A stretch of DNA of 56,637 bases from Octopus bimaculoides (Eukaryota), in the NCBI RefSeq assembly GCF_001194135.2, contig NC_068984.1, positions 47,819,909 to 47,876,545 of the forward strand. The letters run 5' to 3'. Under the pieces are notes generated by a model, which was not told where the DNA came from, searched no databases, and saw only the letters and a program-made list of their open reading frames with translations. Below, one piece after another: positions 23,929-37,910 of this stretch; position 1 is the first letter of the stretch, and each line of letters begins with the position of its first letter. Position numbers and translations under genes: made by a program.

Positions 23929-26689
23929 ACGTGAATGAGTGTTTATAATTGTGTATATTACTGATTACTATCTCCTTTTTCCCTATGTGCGACTGATAGA
24001 GTCAGTTGCATGACCTTTCACGTTCAGTTATATTCACCAGCTTATACTCTTTGCTGACCCTAGCACATGACTCCCTCCCACACACATGACCCTTACGCTA
24101 TGATACACACACATGTACTCCAAAGCATTTGCAAGTGCATTCACATGCATATATGATTTGGAAATGGATATGTTATATACACGGGCTATAACCAACTCAT
24201 ACATGTGGTACCTTTTTACCAGCTGGAAGTCGAATATAGCACGGAGATAAAGGTATCCATACGGGCCAACAAGCAGACTTCTGATGAACCATACGTGCAC
24301 GTTAAAATTTTCAGTGAAAATGCCTTCAAATTATATCGTAACTTTTAGGAAAGAAAATAATACTTAAATCAAGACATTTCAATGACATACTAGTAAACCC
24401 TTAACGGGGATCATATTAACAATGGTATTTAAGGTATCGTATTATAAATATGTCTTGCTACAAAGGTGGATAAAAATAGTAACGTCATATTCGAGATATC
24501 ACTAAATATCCATTTTATCAATAAATGTTATATTTTAAGTCTTATTATAAAGCGTGCTTCTACTATTCGTCTATCGTTTCATAATAAATTGATAAGATCA
24601 TTGCTGGGAGGCTACAGTAAAATCTTCTTCTTTGGATAAAAACTCTTGTGTTTGAACTCAGGAAATAGGAAATTAAAACTAGATATTCAATACTTAGAGT
24701 TGCTGTAATACCATTTGTTTTTTTATATTTTTCATTTTTGCGAAGCCATCATCTATTGTCATGAAATATTTAATAGTTAAGTAGAAGATAAAAAAAAAAA
24801 ATATAAAAAAAAACAGAGCAAGAAATTCATTAAATACGATGTCTGGAGTGTTGTTGGTATTTTTGCTTTCATGATAACAGTCTGACCTCTGACATTTGAT
24901 CTCCAGCCTTTAGCCTCGGCTTGAAATGTCCATCCACACTAATGTATGAACTGTCTAAGACCTTTCTATACAGTGACTCTTTTTCTATGCTTACTCTAGT
25001 TTCTCATAGTTGCTAACACGATTTTAGTTGTCTTCAATCTGGTTGTTAGTATTGTTGTTGTTATTATTACTTCTGCTGCTGTTGTTGTTTTTGTTGCTGC
25101 TGCTCTGCATATGTTATTTCAGATATTCTATTACTATTGCCGTCGATTCGCGGCAGGAATTTGTACGCGATTGCACGATTTGTTAGAAATAGCACCTAAG
25201 TCTCACCGAATTCTTATAAAGACGAAATTGTTAGCTAATGTGGTTCCTGGTATTCTATTTATTGGAAAAAGATAGAATTATCATGACTGGAATGCATCTG
25301 ACGAAGGTTTTGCTACTGGCGTCGAAGATGGTACGACTGGTGACATTGTTGTTATTCAAGCAAATATGTTATCGTTTTAGGTATTGTTGCTGTTGTAGTT
25401 GTTACTATTGTTATTGTTGTTGATGATGATGTTACTGATTGTTAGCTATGTATTAGTCATGAATTAACTATGATCAAAGCACATCTTATCCTCCAACGTG
25501 TAATTTTCTGTTGCATAACTGTAGAGGATATATTGAAAGAAATTTCACTCCTATTTGGAGCTCACTCATTGGTCAATGAATATTACTTAACTCACTACCT
25601 AAATAGAAAAGTAATGTATTCTACAATAATTCTAGTTGTTAATATATTCAAATTTGGTGTACACACAATACACATTTATATTAATAAATGTAATCTACGT
25701 TAGGGGAAATGGTCGAATCAGCAGAGGCTTGGACAATGTAATTTGTGGTATTTGGATGCGTCCAAGTATTAGAATCTGTTATATCAACTATATACTGAAC
25801 TCCAGCATGGCTAAATTCTTGTGAGTGAAATCAGTGAAAGAACAAATTAGCAAATTGCAGTTCTCATGTCAGTCATTGTAAGAATCGCTAATCTAAATAA
25901 AAATGAAATAAAAAAGAAACGTTTCTCATTGTGTAAGTTAACATCATGTTTTGTCTCAGGTTAACTCTAGTATACAAGATCGAATCTGCTGCAGGTATCA
26001 CCACCAAATATTGTGCTTTTATGTCTTTGTGTATATAGGACATAGCATATTATGTTTTCTATTTTTAAAGCAGTAGTGGGCAATTTTAAGGAAATTTAGC
26101 TGTTACTTCTAACAGATCAAGAAAACACATATAAGGTCCCTCGAAACTGAAAAGTAAATGCAAAAAATGAGGCAGTAAAAGTAAAAGTTAAATATATACA
26201 TTCCCTTTAGAACAGAACCTGTACGGAATATTACTGATAATGAATTCCCCGTATAATTGAAGAAACAACAATAACAAATGATATTCTAGCAAAGTTCGTG
26301 CTGTTTTAATGGAATTATAATATTACAAGTAGCAACAAATTAATTCTAAATAAACGCAATAATCCACTTAGTAATAGTGTAATAGGAAGACATATAATTT
26401 AAAATAACTGCGTCGGAAATGTTGTAATACTTCTACAAGTGTTAACAATGACAGCTAACAACAACCAACAAGAATTCCCTCCGCATACGCACATAAACAC
26501 ACAGACACTACACACACATCCATGTACGCATACAAACAAACGCACACACACACATACACACACACACACATGCACACATACACATATCAATATGTATATG
26601 TATAAATGAAAATCTCAGTGTAGCGACGGAGGAAAGCCACATCTCCGAAAAATAAGATTAGCGAAAACATATGACTCAAAGAGACTCTG

Positions 26690-26790
26690 TTACGTTATCG
26701 GTTTCGAATCCGTACGATCTAAGTTCAAATCACGCCGATGCCAACTTTTAGTCTACCTTTCAGTGTTGATAAATTAAGTCCCAGTTGGAT
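26690..26790 (+). mobile_element. SINE family C fragment
   Basis: aagttcaaatcacgccga...ctttcagtgttgataaattaagtcccagt matches the reverse complement of the copy at 35830-36000. Confidence 0.6.
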
Positions 26791-28637
26791 ACTGATAGAA
26801 TGCTCTATCTATCCAATTGTTACATCCTTGATATTCCGCAGTGTCACAGATGAAAAAGGTCGAGTGTATCGATGTTGACTCGCGACGAAGAGGACATTGT
26901 ACCGTAGTATGTACTATTCTTTCGATAAAATGTTTTTCACTGCTTTTGTTGCCGTAGACAGACATTAACACACTCACGTTTCTCCCATTTGGTTCAGGAA
27001 GCGGGTCATGGAATATGAGAGAGTAAACGGTAGGGAAGGCTAAATTAACACTATGTTGGTAGGCATTTTTAACTGTGCAGACGGGGTCAACTTGAAATAA
27101 AGCGCGACTGTGATTAAGGTAGAAATGTATTGCTCGATATAGCAATCAAAGTTACAGCGTAATAATCCTGAGCCTCCATATTATTAAATCTTCAGTAATT
27201 CGTCAACTGCACGATGCTGTTAGAGATGCAGAAATAATCTGGCTCACCAGGAAAACTATAAGAAGATTTAAGTTCTTCTAGCGCAAGTGTATATTATGTG
27301 CGTATGTGTGTGTATGTATATATATATATATATATATNNNNNNNNNNNNNNNNNNNNNNNNNNNNNNNNNNNNNNNNNNNNNNNNNNNNNNNNNNNNNNN
27401 NNNNNNNNNNNNNNNNNNNNNNNNNNNNNNNNNNNNNNNNNNNNNNNNNNNNNNNNNNNNNNNNNNNNNNNNNNNNNNNNNNNNNNNNNNNNNNNNNNNN
27501 NNNNNNNNNNNNNNNNNNNNNNNNNNNNNNNNNNNNNNNNNNNNNNNNNNNNNNNNNNNNNNNNNNNNNNNNNNNNNNNNNNNNNNNNNNNNNNNNNNNN
27601 NNNNNNNNNNNNNNNNNNNNNNNNNNNNNNNNNNNNNNNNNNNNNNNNNNNNNNNNNNNNNNNNNNNNNNNNNNNNNNNNNNNNNNNNNNNNNNNNNNNN
27701 NNNNNNNNNNNNNNNNNNNNNNNNNNNNNNNNNNNNNNNNNNNNNNNNNNNNNNNNNNNNNNNNNNNNNNNNNNNNNNNNNNNNNNNNNNNNNNNNNNNN
27801 NNNNNNNNNNNNNNNNNNNNNNNNNNNNNNNNNNNNNNNNNNNNNNNNNNNNNNNNNNNNNNNNNNNNNNNNNNNNNNNNNNNNNNNNNNNNNNNNNNNN
27901 NNNNNNNNNNNNNNNNNNNNNNNNNNNNNNNNNNNNNNNNNNNNNNNNNNNNNNNNNNNNNNNNNNNNNNNNNNNNNNNNNNNNNNNNNNNNNNNNNNNN
28001 NNNNNNNNNNNNNNNNNNNNNNNNNNNNNNNNNNNNNNNNNNNNNNNNNNNNNNNNNNNNNNNNNNNNNNNNNNNNNNNNNNNNNNNNNNNNNNNNNNNN
28101 NNNNNNNNNNNNNNNNNNNNNNNNNNNNNNNNNNNNNNNNNNNNNNNNNNNNNNNNNNNNNNNNNNNNNNNNNNNNNNNNNNNNNNNNNNNNNNNNNNNN
28201 NNNNNNNNNNNNNNNNNNNNNNNNATATATATCATACATACATACATGAAATGTTCATTCTGAAACATTGTAAAATGTAAATCTAAAAGACCAGACATAA
28301 TGCTCTAAGACAGTGTAAAGAAATTATATACGTTATTATACAGTAAAAATCAGTCGTTCAATAGACTTTAACATAATTGCTAAAAAGGAAACATCTGCAG
28401 CGAACCACTTAAAACTCTATGTTGTCTTATATTAGAATTATAACATTTTACCGTTGATTATTCAAGTATTTTGCCTTACAGCTGACTATCTCGATAACTT
28501 TTAATAACTCGGCTTCAGAATATCAGAAGAGAAGGCTAATTACAAAACCAATTATAACTCACCAATAGAACAAATTTAAAAACATGTGGAATATGTGTAA
28601 AATTTGCACATAGTTTCATATAGAAATAGATCATATT

Positions 28638-28684
<47 letters not shown>

Positions 28685-29099
28685 CCAGATGGATTCACAC
28701 GCAATGCCATTCATACCGGTATTCATATGTGCAAATATACATACACAAACAAACACACACACACATACATACATACATACATACATACATACATACATAC
28801 ATACATACATACATACATACACACATATAAGATAGTGGCATCAAGATCAGACATGCGAGCGTAGATGACCATTTAAATTCGCTTTTTGAACGTTTTCTCT
28901 TACATTTAAGCTGACTCCTTAAGTTTAAATCAGTAAATGGTTTATTTCTCCCATTATAAATAAGGAAAACACCTTTTAGTTATCAACATAGCGTTATTCA
29001 GTCCAGATTTAAAAATAAATATATCTTATATCACGTAGAATTTTGCCAACTCCATTCTGGCTGAAATAAATAACAACTCTATCGATGAAAACAAAACTA

Positions 29100-31480
29100 C
29101 ACCACTAGAAAGCTATCTGAGAATACGTAAGTATTCCTCCCATTGTACTTGGACTCTGCATCTAACCCAAAATCTACATCGATGCTATGAAAAGTTCCGT
29201 GAAAACCCTTCTATCGGATACACGATGCAGTTAAAAAATACTGGGACTAATCTCACTCCAATTTAAGCACCTTTACTGCGAAACAGCATTGGCAGCAAGC
29301 ATCTCTCTCGTAAAAAGTGGTTTGCTATAGTGATGTAAATCGATTTTCTCAATACTGAGAACTGGCCAAAGTTCGACAGAATAGAGATCGAAAATAATGT
29401 AAACAAACTGCTGCCGCCACCATTAATTGTTTCTGTTTCTGCTAATCTAACTGACTCAACAGAGACAACTATAAGATATATTCAACTTAGAAACATCCTG
29501 AAACCACAGTTCATAGAAAACTTTTCTACATTTTAGAAACTACTCTTAAGCGAGAGGTCATTCTTAACAAGATTAAGAAAACTTCCAACAGCTCTAATGT
29601 TGAAAGTTATCGACGATGTCGATGAGAGAACACATAGAACCATGTGATATTAATTACTGGAATATTAGTACCAACATATACACAACTACTATCACACAAA
29701 GAAAACACAGGGGAAATCTACCGTATACATACTGACGAAACTGCTAAACGGAAGCAACCTAGGTGGATGAAGAAAACATCAACAATCATCGCCGCAATAT
29801 TGGATAGTTAACCACGGTAATTAAATGTAAGAGTAATAATGAGTTTACATTTCATTAATTACATCTTATGCATGAATTAACAAAGCTTTATGGTGGCTCT
29901 TCACACTAAGCTGTTGAGGGAAGATTGAGAACACTAAAACACGAACACAGGGCACTGAGAGATATTCTTTACTATCGCATCAAATTTTTAAACGAGCCTG
30001 TATGAACCACAAGTCTGCTTCTAACTTACATATATTATACAGAGAGATGAGGAAGGAAAAAAATTACTGTTAAGAAAAGTCTCCTCTTAAGAAGATCTTC
30101 AGTCATTCTGGTTGACAATCTGGAACGAAAAGTAGGATTTCAAACTTAATACATCGTGTCTAAATGTAATTAGAAGAGAATACTGTATCAACATCAACAG
30201 TAAAAAGTATGCAAATGACCCGAAAACTTTCATCATAGCTGTAGGCAAACTGCATGACGGGAACGCACCGGGGAGAGACTTAATGGTTTGATCCATGTAT
30301 AAGAAACTGACTTTCTACTGGAAACCACTAATATATATATCCAGAAACACTATGGAAGTTCAGATTGAGATACCAAGTTGGTTTGCTATAGCACGGGAAA
30401 AATCATGTAACCAAGAATGAAGCCAATGAATTTGCTGAATACTATAGGTTCATTCGACAAGCTGTAATTAAGAAGAAATAAAAGAGGTAAAATATTTAGA
30501 TCAGTACGAATCGCTTCCAAATGTTGTGTAGTCTCTTTCAGACAAAGAAAATAAACACATTAATTTTTTGCTGGAAAGTGAATAGAACAATATCCTACGA
30601 TATTCCTCAGGAAGCACTCTCTTCTTGATGACCTACCAAACAACCCCAAAACAGCCAGAATAACAAGAGTCCAAGTAGACCTGGATGTGAAACGCTCAGC
30701 ATACCAAAATATTAAAAGTAAAATATTCAAACGTACGTTTTCCGAAGACATGAAGAATACAGTAATAATGAAAGGAAGCGAAGCCACTTTTCAACTGGTA
30801 ACCAGTATATCACGTTTCACTTCGAAGGCTATGAATTTACAATTCAAGAACAGAATGTTGGTACTAAATACGTAATAAACAAAAAAGACAGTGAAGACCT
30901 TGGAGTTCCAAGCTGCAACCGAAAATTGCAGATAATGTCACATTTCTGTGGAAGACATTACATATGTGATTAGCAGCGGCCCACCAGTGTCATCAAGGTA
31001 CTTTCTCCCTGTTCGAAACGACGTTATTGCAGAAACAATATACAAGGTCATCTGGAAAAAAATACTGTCCTGGAATAAGTATAGAGAATCGGATTGTTAC
31101 TGAATGTGTACACAAACATCAACACAAGGAATACTGGTGGAACATTCCCATCAAAACAGCATGCTGTCCTGCTGGTTAGCATATCTGTTTGAAAATAAAA
31201 GAGAAAGTAAATATGAAAAACTTCTTCGAATCCTCCAGCTTCGATATAATGAGTACACATTTACATTTATAGCAATATTAATAGGTGGACATGGTTTCGT
31301 GAGTAAATGCTTAACTGGCAGTCTGGATATGTTAATGTTTTCAGAAAAAGAAATCAACCAACTAACTCGTACTGGAACAGTGAAAATATGCAATACTTTT
31401 CTCAAGTTTAATGTGACGTTGTTTCTGGTATCTACTTTCCAACTATAGACCTTTGTATCTTTGTTAGAAAGTAGCGCCTT
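29100..31480 (+). mobile_element. Highly decayed near-full-length RLE non-LTR retrotransposon (element 3, R2-group, different lineage from elements 1 and 2)
   Basis: N-terminal NLHRCYEKFRENPSIGY../KYWD*SHSNLSTFTAKQHWQQAS (about 29170-29330). From about 30800: FHFEGYEFTIQEQNVGTKYVINKKD, CR*CHISVEDITYVISS(G for C)PPVSSRYFLPVRNDVIA, EYWWNIPIKTAC|CPAG, KRESKYEKLLRILQLRYNEYTFTFIAILIGGHG...GTVKICNTFLKF. Boundaries are approximate. Confidence 0.75.
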
Positions 31481-33500
31481 TTCCAGAGGAAGAATTTGAA
31501 CGATTAAAAACAAGTGAGCATACTTATAGAAACATACACATAGGTATACAAACATATTTACATGCATACATATATACATATATGACAACCTAGAAATTGA
31601 AGTAGAAAAATCAAGGATACTCTGTTGTACTCACTTAATATAGTGAGTCGAGATATTGCGGAGTTAATTAGTATTGCGGCCATGGAGACAAGGAATGCTG
31701 ATCAGTTTAATGATAAAATTTGAATAAGGAAAGACTGAGGGAGCACTACACAATATTGATTTATTAAAATTAAATCTGTTGAAAAGTGAGTCTAATCTTA
31801 ACTGTACAGTGACAAATCCCGACAGGGATCGATTTTAGGAAAGCACAGCATAAATATATTTACATGTAAGTGAGAAACAGTGATTATTTAGAAAAATATT
31901 TTGTGAATAAGCAGTGAGCGGTGTGATAGCTTATGTGGAGGTTTGTGGCCTCCAGGTTAGCGTTTTGTTTTTGAGAAACGCACTTGTTTTAGCTTGCTTC
32001 AGCCTGCTCTGCTGAGAATGAGCACCCACATATTATAGATGCCACGCCCCCTCTCTTTTTCTCCAGTTGTCGCATCTACAAGTTTTCAGTTAGAATAAGG
32101 GTACGAAAAATAATTAGTGAAAGATGGTACATACTACCATGCTACATTCGCTTGTGAGAAGCTGCTGATAGTGCGATGATTTTTAAAAGAATTTAGCAAC
32201 AAACAAGTACAGAAATACTCCCCAATAAAAACCAAATGATAAGAATGCTGCTAACATAATTTATTTGGTGATTCAATGTAATTTGATTAATTGAAATTAC
32301 ACCAGTTAGCTGAAAAATTTCAAGTGTATCTGTAAGTGTCTCTTATTCATTTGATAAAGAAGAGTTTATTGTATAATTACAAGCGAGCACATGTTAGCAT
32401 ATCATAATTAGAACCTGTATGACAGACAGCATTTGTCCCAGGCATCTTTTTTGTCAGTTTCTTTTCTTCTATAGTTTTGAAATTTTAGTTTTAAAGACAT
32501 ATACATTATTTTCAGATTTTAATATTTGCTCTTAATTGGATTGCATTTTAATTTATTTAATCTATATATTTTTTCCAACATATGCTATAATGCTACTTTA
32601 GCTAACTTTGCTTTATCCAATATCTTTTTAGTTTTCTTCTTCTTAGTTAAAAAAGAGTATCCGTGAAGACAATGTGAGACTAAAAGCTTTATTTTTGCCA
32701 TTATCCTGCTCTTAAGAAAGAAATGTAAGGCCAAAATATCATTGACTTTTCCATTGACTTACTGTGAGCTAAAATTGTACTATATATATATATATATTCA
32801 AAATTGAATGTGGCACTTACGTTTAGGCACCAGAATATAGTATGGTATTATGCAAACAATTCCCAAAACAAGGTGATCAAAAATCAAAAAAAGCAATACG
32901 GATTTTAAATGTTATTGCAGTACGCACGTTTCATGTTACTCCATTTATTTAAGTATCTAGATCGGTTTAAAGCACTCGTAGTATCTTCGAGTTATCTTCA
33001 GACTCTACGCTCATGGTCTATGCAATTTACAAATGAAAACCATAGAACATGAGAAATCAGGAGAGAAAACAAGATGAAGATAGGTAATGAAGAGAACACA
33101 GTTGATATCTAAATTCAAGCAATAGAAATATAAAACTAATAAACTCTCTGTCCTTCTCTTTCTATCTCTCACTCTTTCTCTTTCTCTACACACACGCACA
33201 CGCACACAAGCGCGCACGCACACATACACAAGCGCGCACGCACACACATACACTCACACAAAGTACTGTTTCCAAATAAAAACATCAATAAAAAAAGTGC
33301 TTCATCTGGTAGGAGATAAATATCTATTTAAAGGACACAGTACATGTCTTTAAGAGCTACTAATAATTTCATATGTTGAGGAATATTTCAAACATATTCA
33401 TCAGACACAACCCACATATATTATATTATATGTGTGCATATACATGAATGCATGCATGCATGCATGCATCCATCCATTCATACATGCATGCATACATACA

Positions 33501-33532
<32 letters not shown>

Positions 33533-34469
33533 ATTATTATCATTATCATATGAGGTTCAACTGTTTCTATTTCTTACATAATAATGTAAATAAAGAGCAG
33601 TACATAGTTTTTGGAAAAAGAGTATAAACTTTCGATCAATAGCTACTTTTTGTTTTATGTACTTGAGAATTTCAATGAACATTGAGAATCTTGGATACAC
33701 GAATTGTAACATTTACAACTTGGATTTTTATTTTTTATTCCACGTCATATGTTTGTTGTCTGTAGTGGTTGCCAGTTCAGTGTACAGAGGTTTATAAGAA
33801 CAATGTGATCTCTCGACCAAGAAGCCACCAAATCCCCCTCAAAATTCTTCCCTAAACGAGACTCTGTTTCGAAAAAGAGAAATTCAAATATGTAGCTGAG
33901 TGTTTACTACGTTTCTAAATTCTAAGATGACATGCCTTTGATATTAGGTCTGCTGAATCAAGCAAATAGAACTAAATATTTATTCGGCTTTAAAGAATTA
34001 CTTATCTGAATATGACGTTTCATTTCTACCAAAACATCTGCTTAGACGATCTAGAATGATAAAATAATGATAATAGTTTCGATATGAGGCAAAAAGCTGT
34101 TCATTTAGGGGAAGGTAATATTGAATGGTATTTAGTTTAATCGATAAACAAAGACAAAGTTGAATTTGATTGCTCAGCGTAAACAGGTAAGTCTAAATAC
34201 ACTATTAAAATTTAATCAACGTAAGAACAAGACCAGTAATTTTGTAAAAGATATCTTCTATATCAGGTAGAAGATAATAAAGTTACAGTCGACTTATTCT
34301 ATCAACGATGACTTGCTATTAGTATATATACCAAGTTTTTTTCTAAAGGTTTTGGTGTCTATGTAGTTGCAAGCCAAACAGTCACCCATGCGGTACACTT
34401 ACAATTGATATAAAATAATAACCAGAATGTGACATATATAGGGAGGAGTTACACTGAAAACACGAAATA

Positions 34470-34560
34470 AAAAGTTGACTTTAGTAGGGTTTGAACTCAG
34501 AGTGTGGAAACAAGTATTTAGACGTATTTTATTTGATGCTCACTCAAACGTGCCAGTCCA
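34470..34560 (-). mobile_element. SINE family C fragment (decayed)
   Basis: aaagttgactttagtagggtttgaactcagagtgt aligns with aaagtcgacctcggtggaatttgaactcaaaacgt at 35897. Confidence 0.45.
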
Positions 34561-35829
34561 GCTCATTGGTTAAACCTAGCTTAGAGGTAGGTTTTTTTGT
34601 TAGTATAAACATTCAGAATCAGCACTAGTATGATTTGATCTCGGAATATGAAAAAGTATTTCTGAATATAACTAGGTGTAGGAAATCATTTTATGTAGTG
34701 TTTTACAGGTTTTGCCGTCCACCGCCTTGTAGCACTATTAAACGATTGTTATTATATGTTATTCATGTAGCTATACTGAATTTTTAATATGTGTAATCAT
34801 ACCATGCTGAATAGAAAGCTATTTTCAAGAATAGTTATCTATTTAGTTGACAAATTGTAGAAATAAATCAAAACAAAAAATATAAAACAAACTTTAATAA
34901 GCTATCGTATTATTCAAAAAGAGAGGATTAATAGTTTATCCGCTTAACTCCTAAACAAAACTGGAAGTGAATACCTGTCCTGTCATTATTGAATGACTGT
35001 TGAACGGATTACATTCAGTTTCTCGATAACTGATAATCCGGTTTTAATATGAGGATGCTTCTGGTAAGAGGGGGGGGGGGAACCCAACAGAATCGCCGAA
35101 ATAGAAATTATATAAATCTTTCAAACATGGCTGCTTATCTCCCTTGATCGAAAATTTCACCATGTATATCATCATCACCAGCGTACACATACACGTATTC
35201 ATCCATACATACATACAGCGATACATGCTGGGATACACGCATGATATAGTCGCATCTAGATATCCACACATGCACATAGACAAGCTTTTTTTTGTATATG
35301 TGTGCATGTGTATGCGTGCGCATGTATATATGTAATTTTGGCACATTAATACTATTAATGAAAACAAGCTAACATTAAGCACGAAAACAATCTATTTGAA
35401 ACAGAGATCATCAACATGGACCTGGAATTAGTATATTTTGATGTTCATAGTGGAGCTGGAGAGATTTTCCTGATCTGTCCATATAAAGACATACATTGCA
35501 TTTATTACTTCATGAATTGCGCTACAAACTTTGCTGAGAGCTAAACAACACCTACTTTCAAGCCCTTCGTAGACATAAGCAAATATGATGCAATTGTTGC
35601 AACATTACCAGGCATTCAGGAACTAGACTAAAACTTAAGAGATACTGAATGACAGTGTGAAATGAATGCAAAATGTCACAGAAAATTGTTGTACAGCACT
35701 TGGTTACAGGAATTGTACTATAATAAATAGGATGGATAGCTTTGGTGATGCTAGGGGACTTCCATCAGAATATGGCACTAATTATTGATTTCGTTTTAGC
35801 ACAAGTCCCAAAGTTTCATGGGAGGAGGT

Positions 35830-36000
35830 AAGTCAATTACATTGATCTCAGTACTCGACGGTACTTTTTTTATCAACCCTGAAAGGATGAAAGGCAAAGT
35901 CGACCTCGGTGGAATTTGAACTCAAAACGTGTTGATGGACGAAATGCTGCTAAGCATTGTGCCCGGTATATTAATGGTTCTGCCACCTCACTACCCTCCG
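35830..36000 (-). mobile_element. tRNA-derived SINE family C
   Basis: Minus strand: A-box-like ggtagtgaggtggcag, B-box-like gagttcaaattcc, then gaggtcgactttgcctttcatcctttcagggttgataaa...gtacc. From memory this resembles a Meta-type SINE central domain; needs confirmation. Other fragments at 26690, 34470, 44930, 45155 and 47575. Confidence 0.7.
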
Positions 36001-36470
36001 TGACTGTAATTATGAAAGGAACTAAAGCTAAGGTGTTTGATGGAAATCGTCATCACTTTAATACAAAGTTAAGATCATCAATTTTGCAGCAAATCATGAG
36101 CGCCTTTCTGTGTGAAAGTCAGCTATCTTGTTGCTTTGGACATCAGCTTCTTAACTCGTGTTTATGCTTAACATTTGTAACAAGATAGAAAGCAAAGGTT
36201 TTCTTTCTTTAGTAATGGCGTCAGCAATGGAAATGGTAAATGTGTCGCTCAAACCACAGTTTTAAGAGGAAATATTGCTTGATAAACATGAAACCGGTAT
36301 AATTTGTGCATTGCGAATGATTTTGCGCTTAGAATTCGACATATTTTACTAGAAAAAACACGAGTGAATGAAGCGACTTTATCAATAACAGAAAAAAAAA
36401 ATATCAATAATTGAAAACAATTCGTAATAAATCGATCGAATTTCTATAGAAGCGAGAAATACGTGTGTGT

Positions 36471-36523
<53 letters not shown>

Positions 36524-36533
36524 TGTTTGTGTG

Positions 36534-36594
<61 letters not shown>

Positions 36595-37276
36595 TAAATA
36601 AGATCAATTAAGATCGGAATATATCAAACTGAAGTACGCTGCATTAATGACGATGCGGTAAACCTCAAAAAGACAAGTAAATGATCCAGTAAATCCAGTG
36701 GTTCTTGATAATCCGCAACTTCGAAAGTATCCAATCTTCAAGAGAACTTCAGCTTGGTGTTAAATAAAAATAAAAACAAACGAATGGATTATACAGTATC
36801 TCTACAATCGTCTTATTTATACATTTTTTCCTGCAATTTAGCATGAAACAGACAGGTATGTATGTAGCGCAACATCTGTAACATACTTCAAAACGCTGCA
36901 GAGAATCTCTCAGATTTTCAGGATGCAGCGTTTTACACAAGAACAGATATCGATTTGTGCCGCTGGCGGCTTAGCCCAGTAGCATCTATAAACACGCACA
37001 TACATGTATATACAATACACACACATACTCACACATATATGTATAGATTTGCCAAAAAGACGCGTGGCCCTGTGACTAGGATTGTTGAACTCACGATTGC
37101 AAGATTGTGGTTTCGATTCATGTACTTGGGTGTGAGTCATATTCTTGAGCCAATCATTTCATTTCACGTTATTCATTTCCATTCTACTGTAAATGCGTAA
37201 CCTTGCAAGGGATAGACGCCCCATCAAGAAGGAATGTTGTGATCTCCATCACTTATACTGCATGTAAATCAGTATA

Positions 37277-37439
37277 GGCGTAGGTGTAGCTGTGTGGTAA
37301 GTAGCTTGCTTACGAACCACATGGTTCCGGGTTCAGTCCTACTGCATGGGGCCTTGGGCAAGTGTCTTCTACTATAGCCTCGTCCGACCAAAGCATTGTG
37401 AGTGGATTTCGTAGACGAAACTGAAAGTATGCCGTCGTA

Positions 37440-37470
<31 letters not shown>

Positions 37471-37850
37471 NNNNNNNNNNNNNNNNNNNNNNNNNNNNNN
37501 NNNNNNNNNNNNNNNNNNNNNNNNNNNNNNNNNNNNNNNNNNNNNNNNNNNNNNNNNNNNNNNNNNNNATATGTATGTGTGTATGTGTGTGTGTGTGTAT
37601 GTATATGTATGTATATATATATATGTGTGCGTGTGCGTATATTTGTGCGTCTGTGTTTGTCCCCCCAACATCACTTGACAACCGATGCTAGTGTGTTTAT
37701 GTCCCCGTAACATAGCGGTTCGGCAACAGAGACCGATAGAATAAGTACTAGGCTTACAAAGAATAAGTCCTGGGGTCGATTTGCTCGACTAAAGGCGGTG
37801 CTCCAGCATGGCCACAGTCAAGTGACTGAAACAAGTAAAAGAGTGAAAGA
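37277..37850 (+). mobile_element. tRNA-derived SINE family A, full length, with internal microsatellite
   Basis: A-box-like tagctgtgtgg, B-box-like ggttcagtcc, ccttgggcaagtgtc core, internal (TA)n/(TG)n, and a 3' end ccagcatggccacagtcaagtgactgaaacaagtaaaagag. A second copy lies at 40557-40991. Confidence 0.85.
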
Positions 37851-37910
37851 GGAACTAGCTCTATGAATCCCAGAATATGAGACTGCAATGTGTGAAGGAC
37901 TTACAACATA

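Noticed and set aside
25960-25994. AG/GT-bounded 35-nt candidate exon
   Set aside because: It gives a stop in the frame continuing from the other candidates, and there is no independent support.
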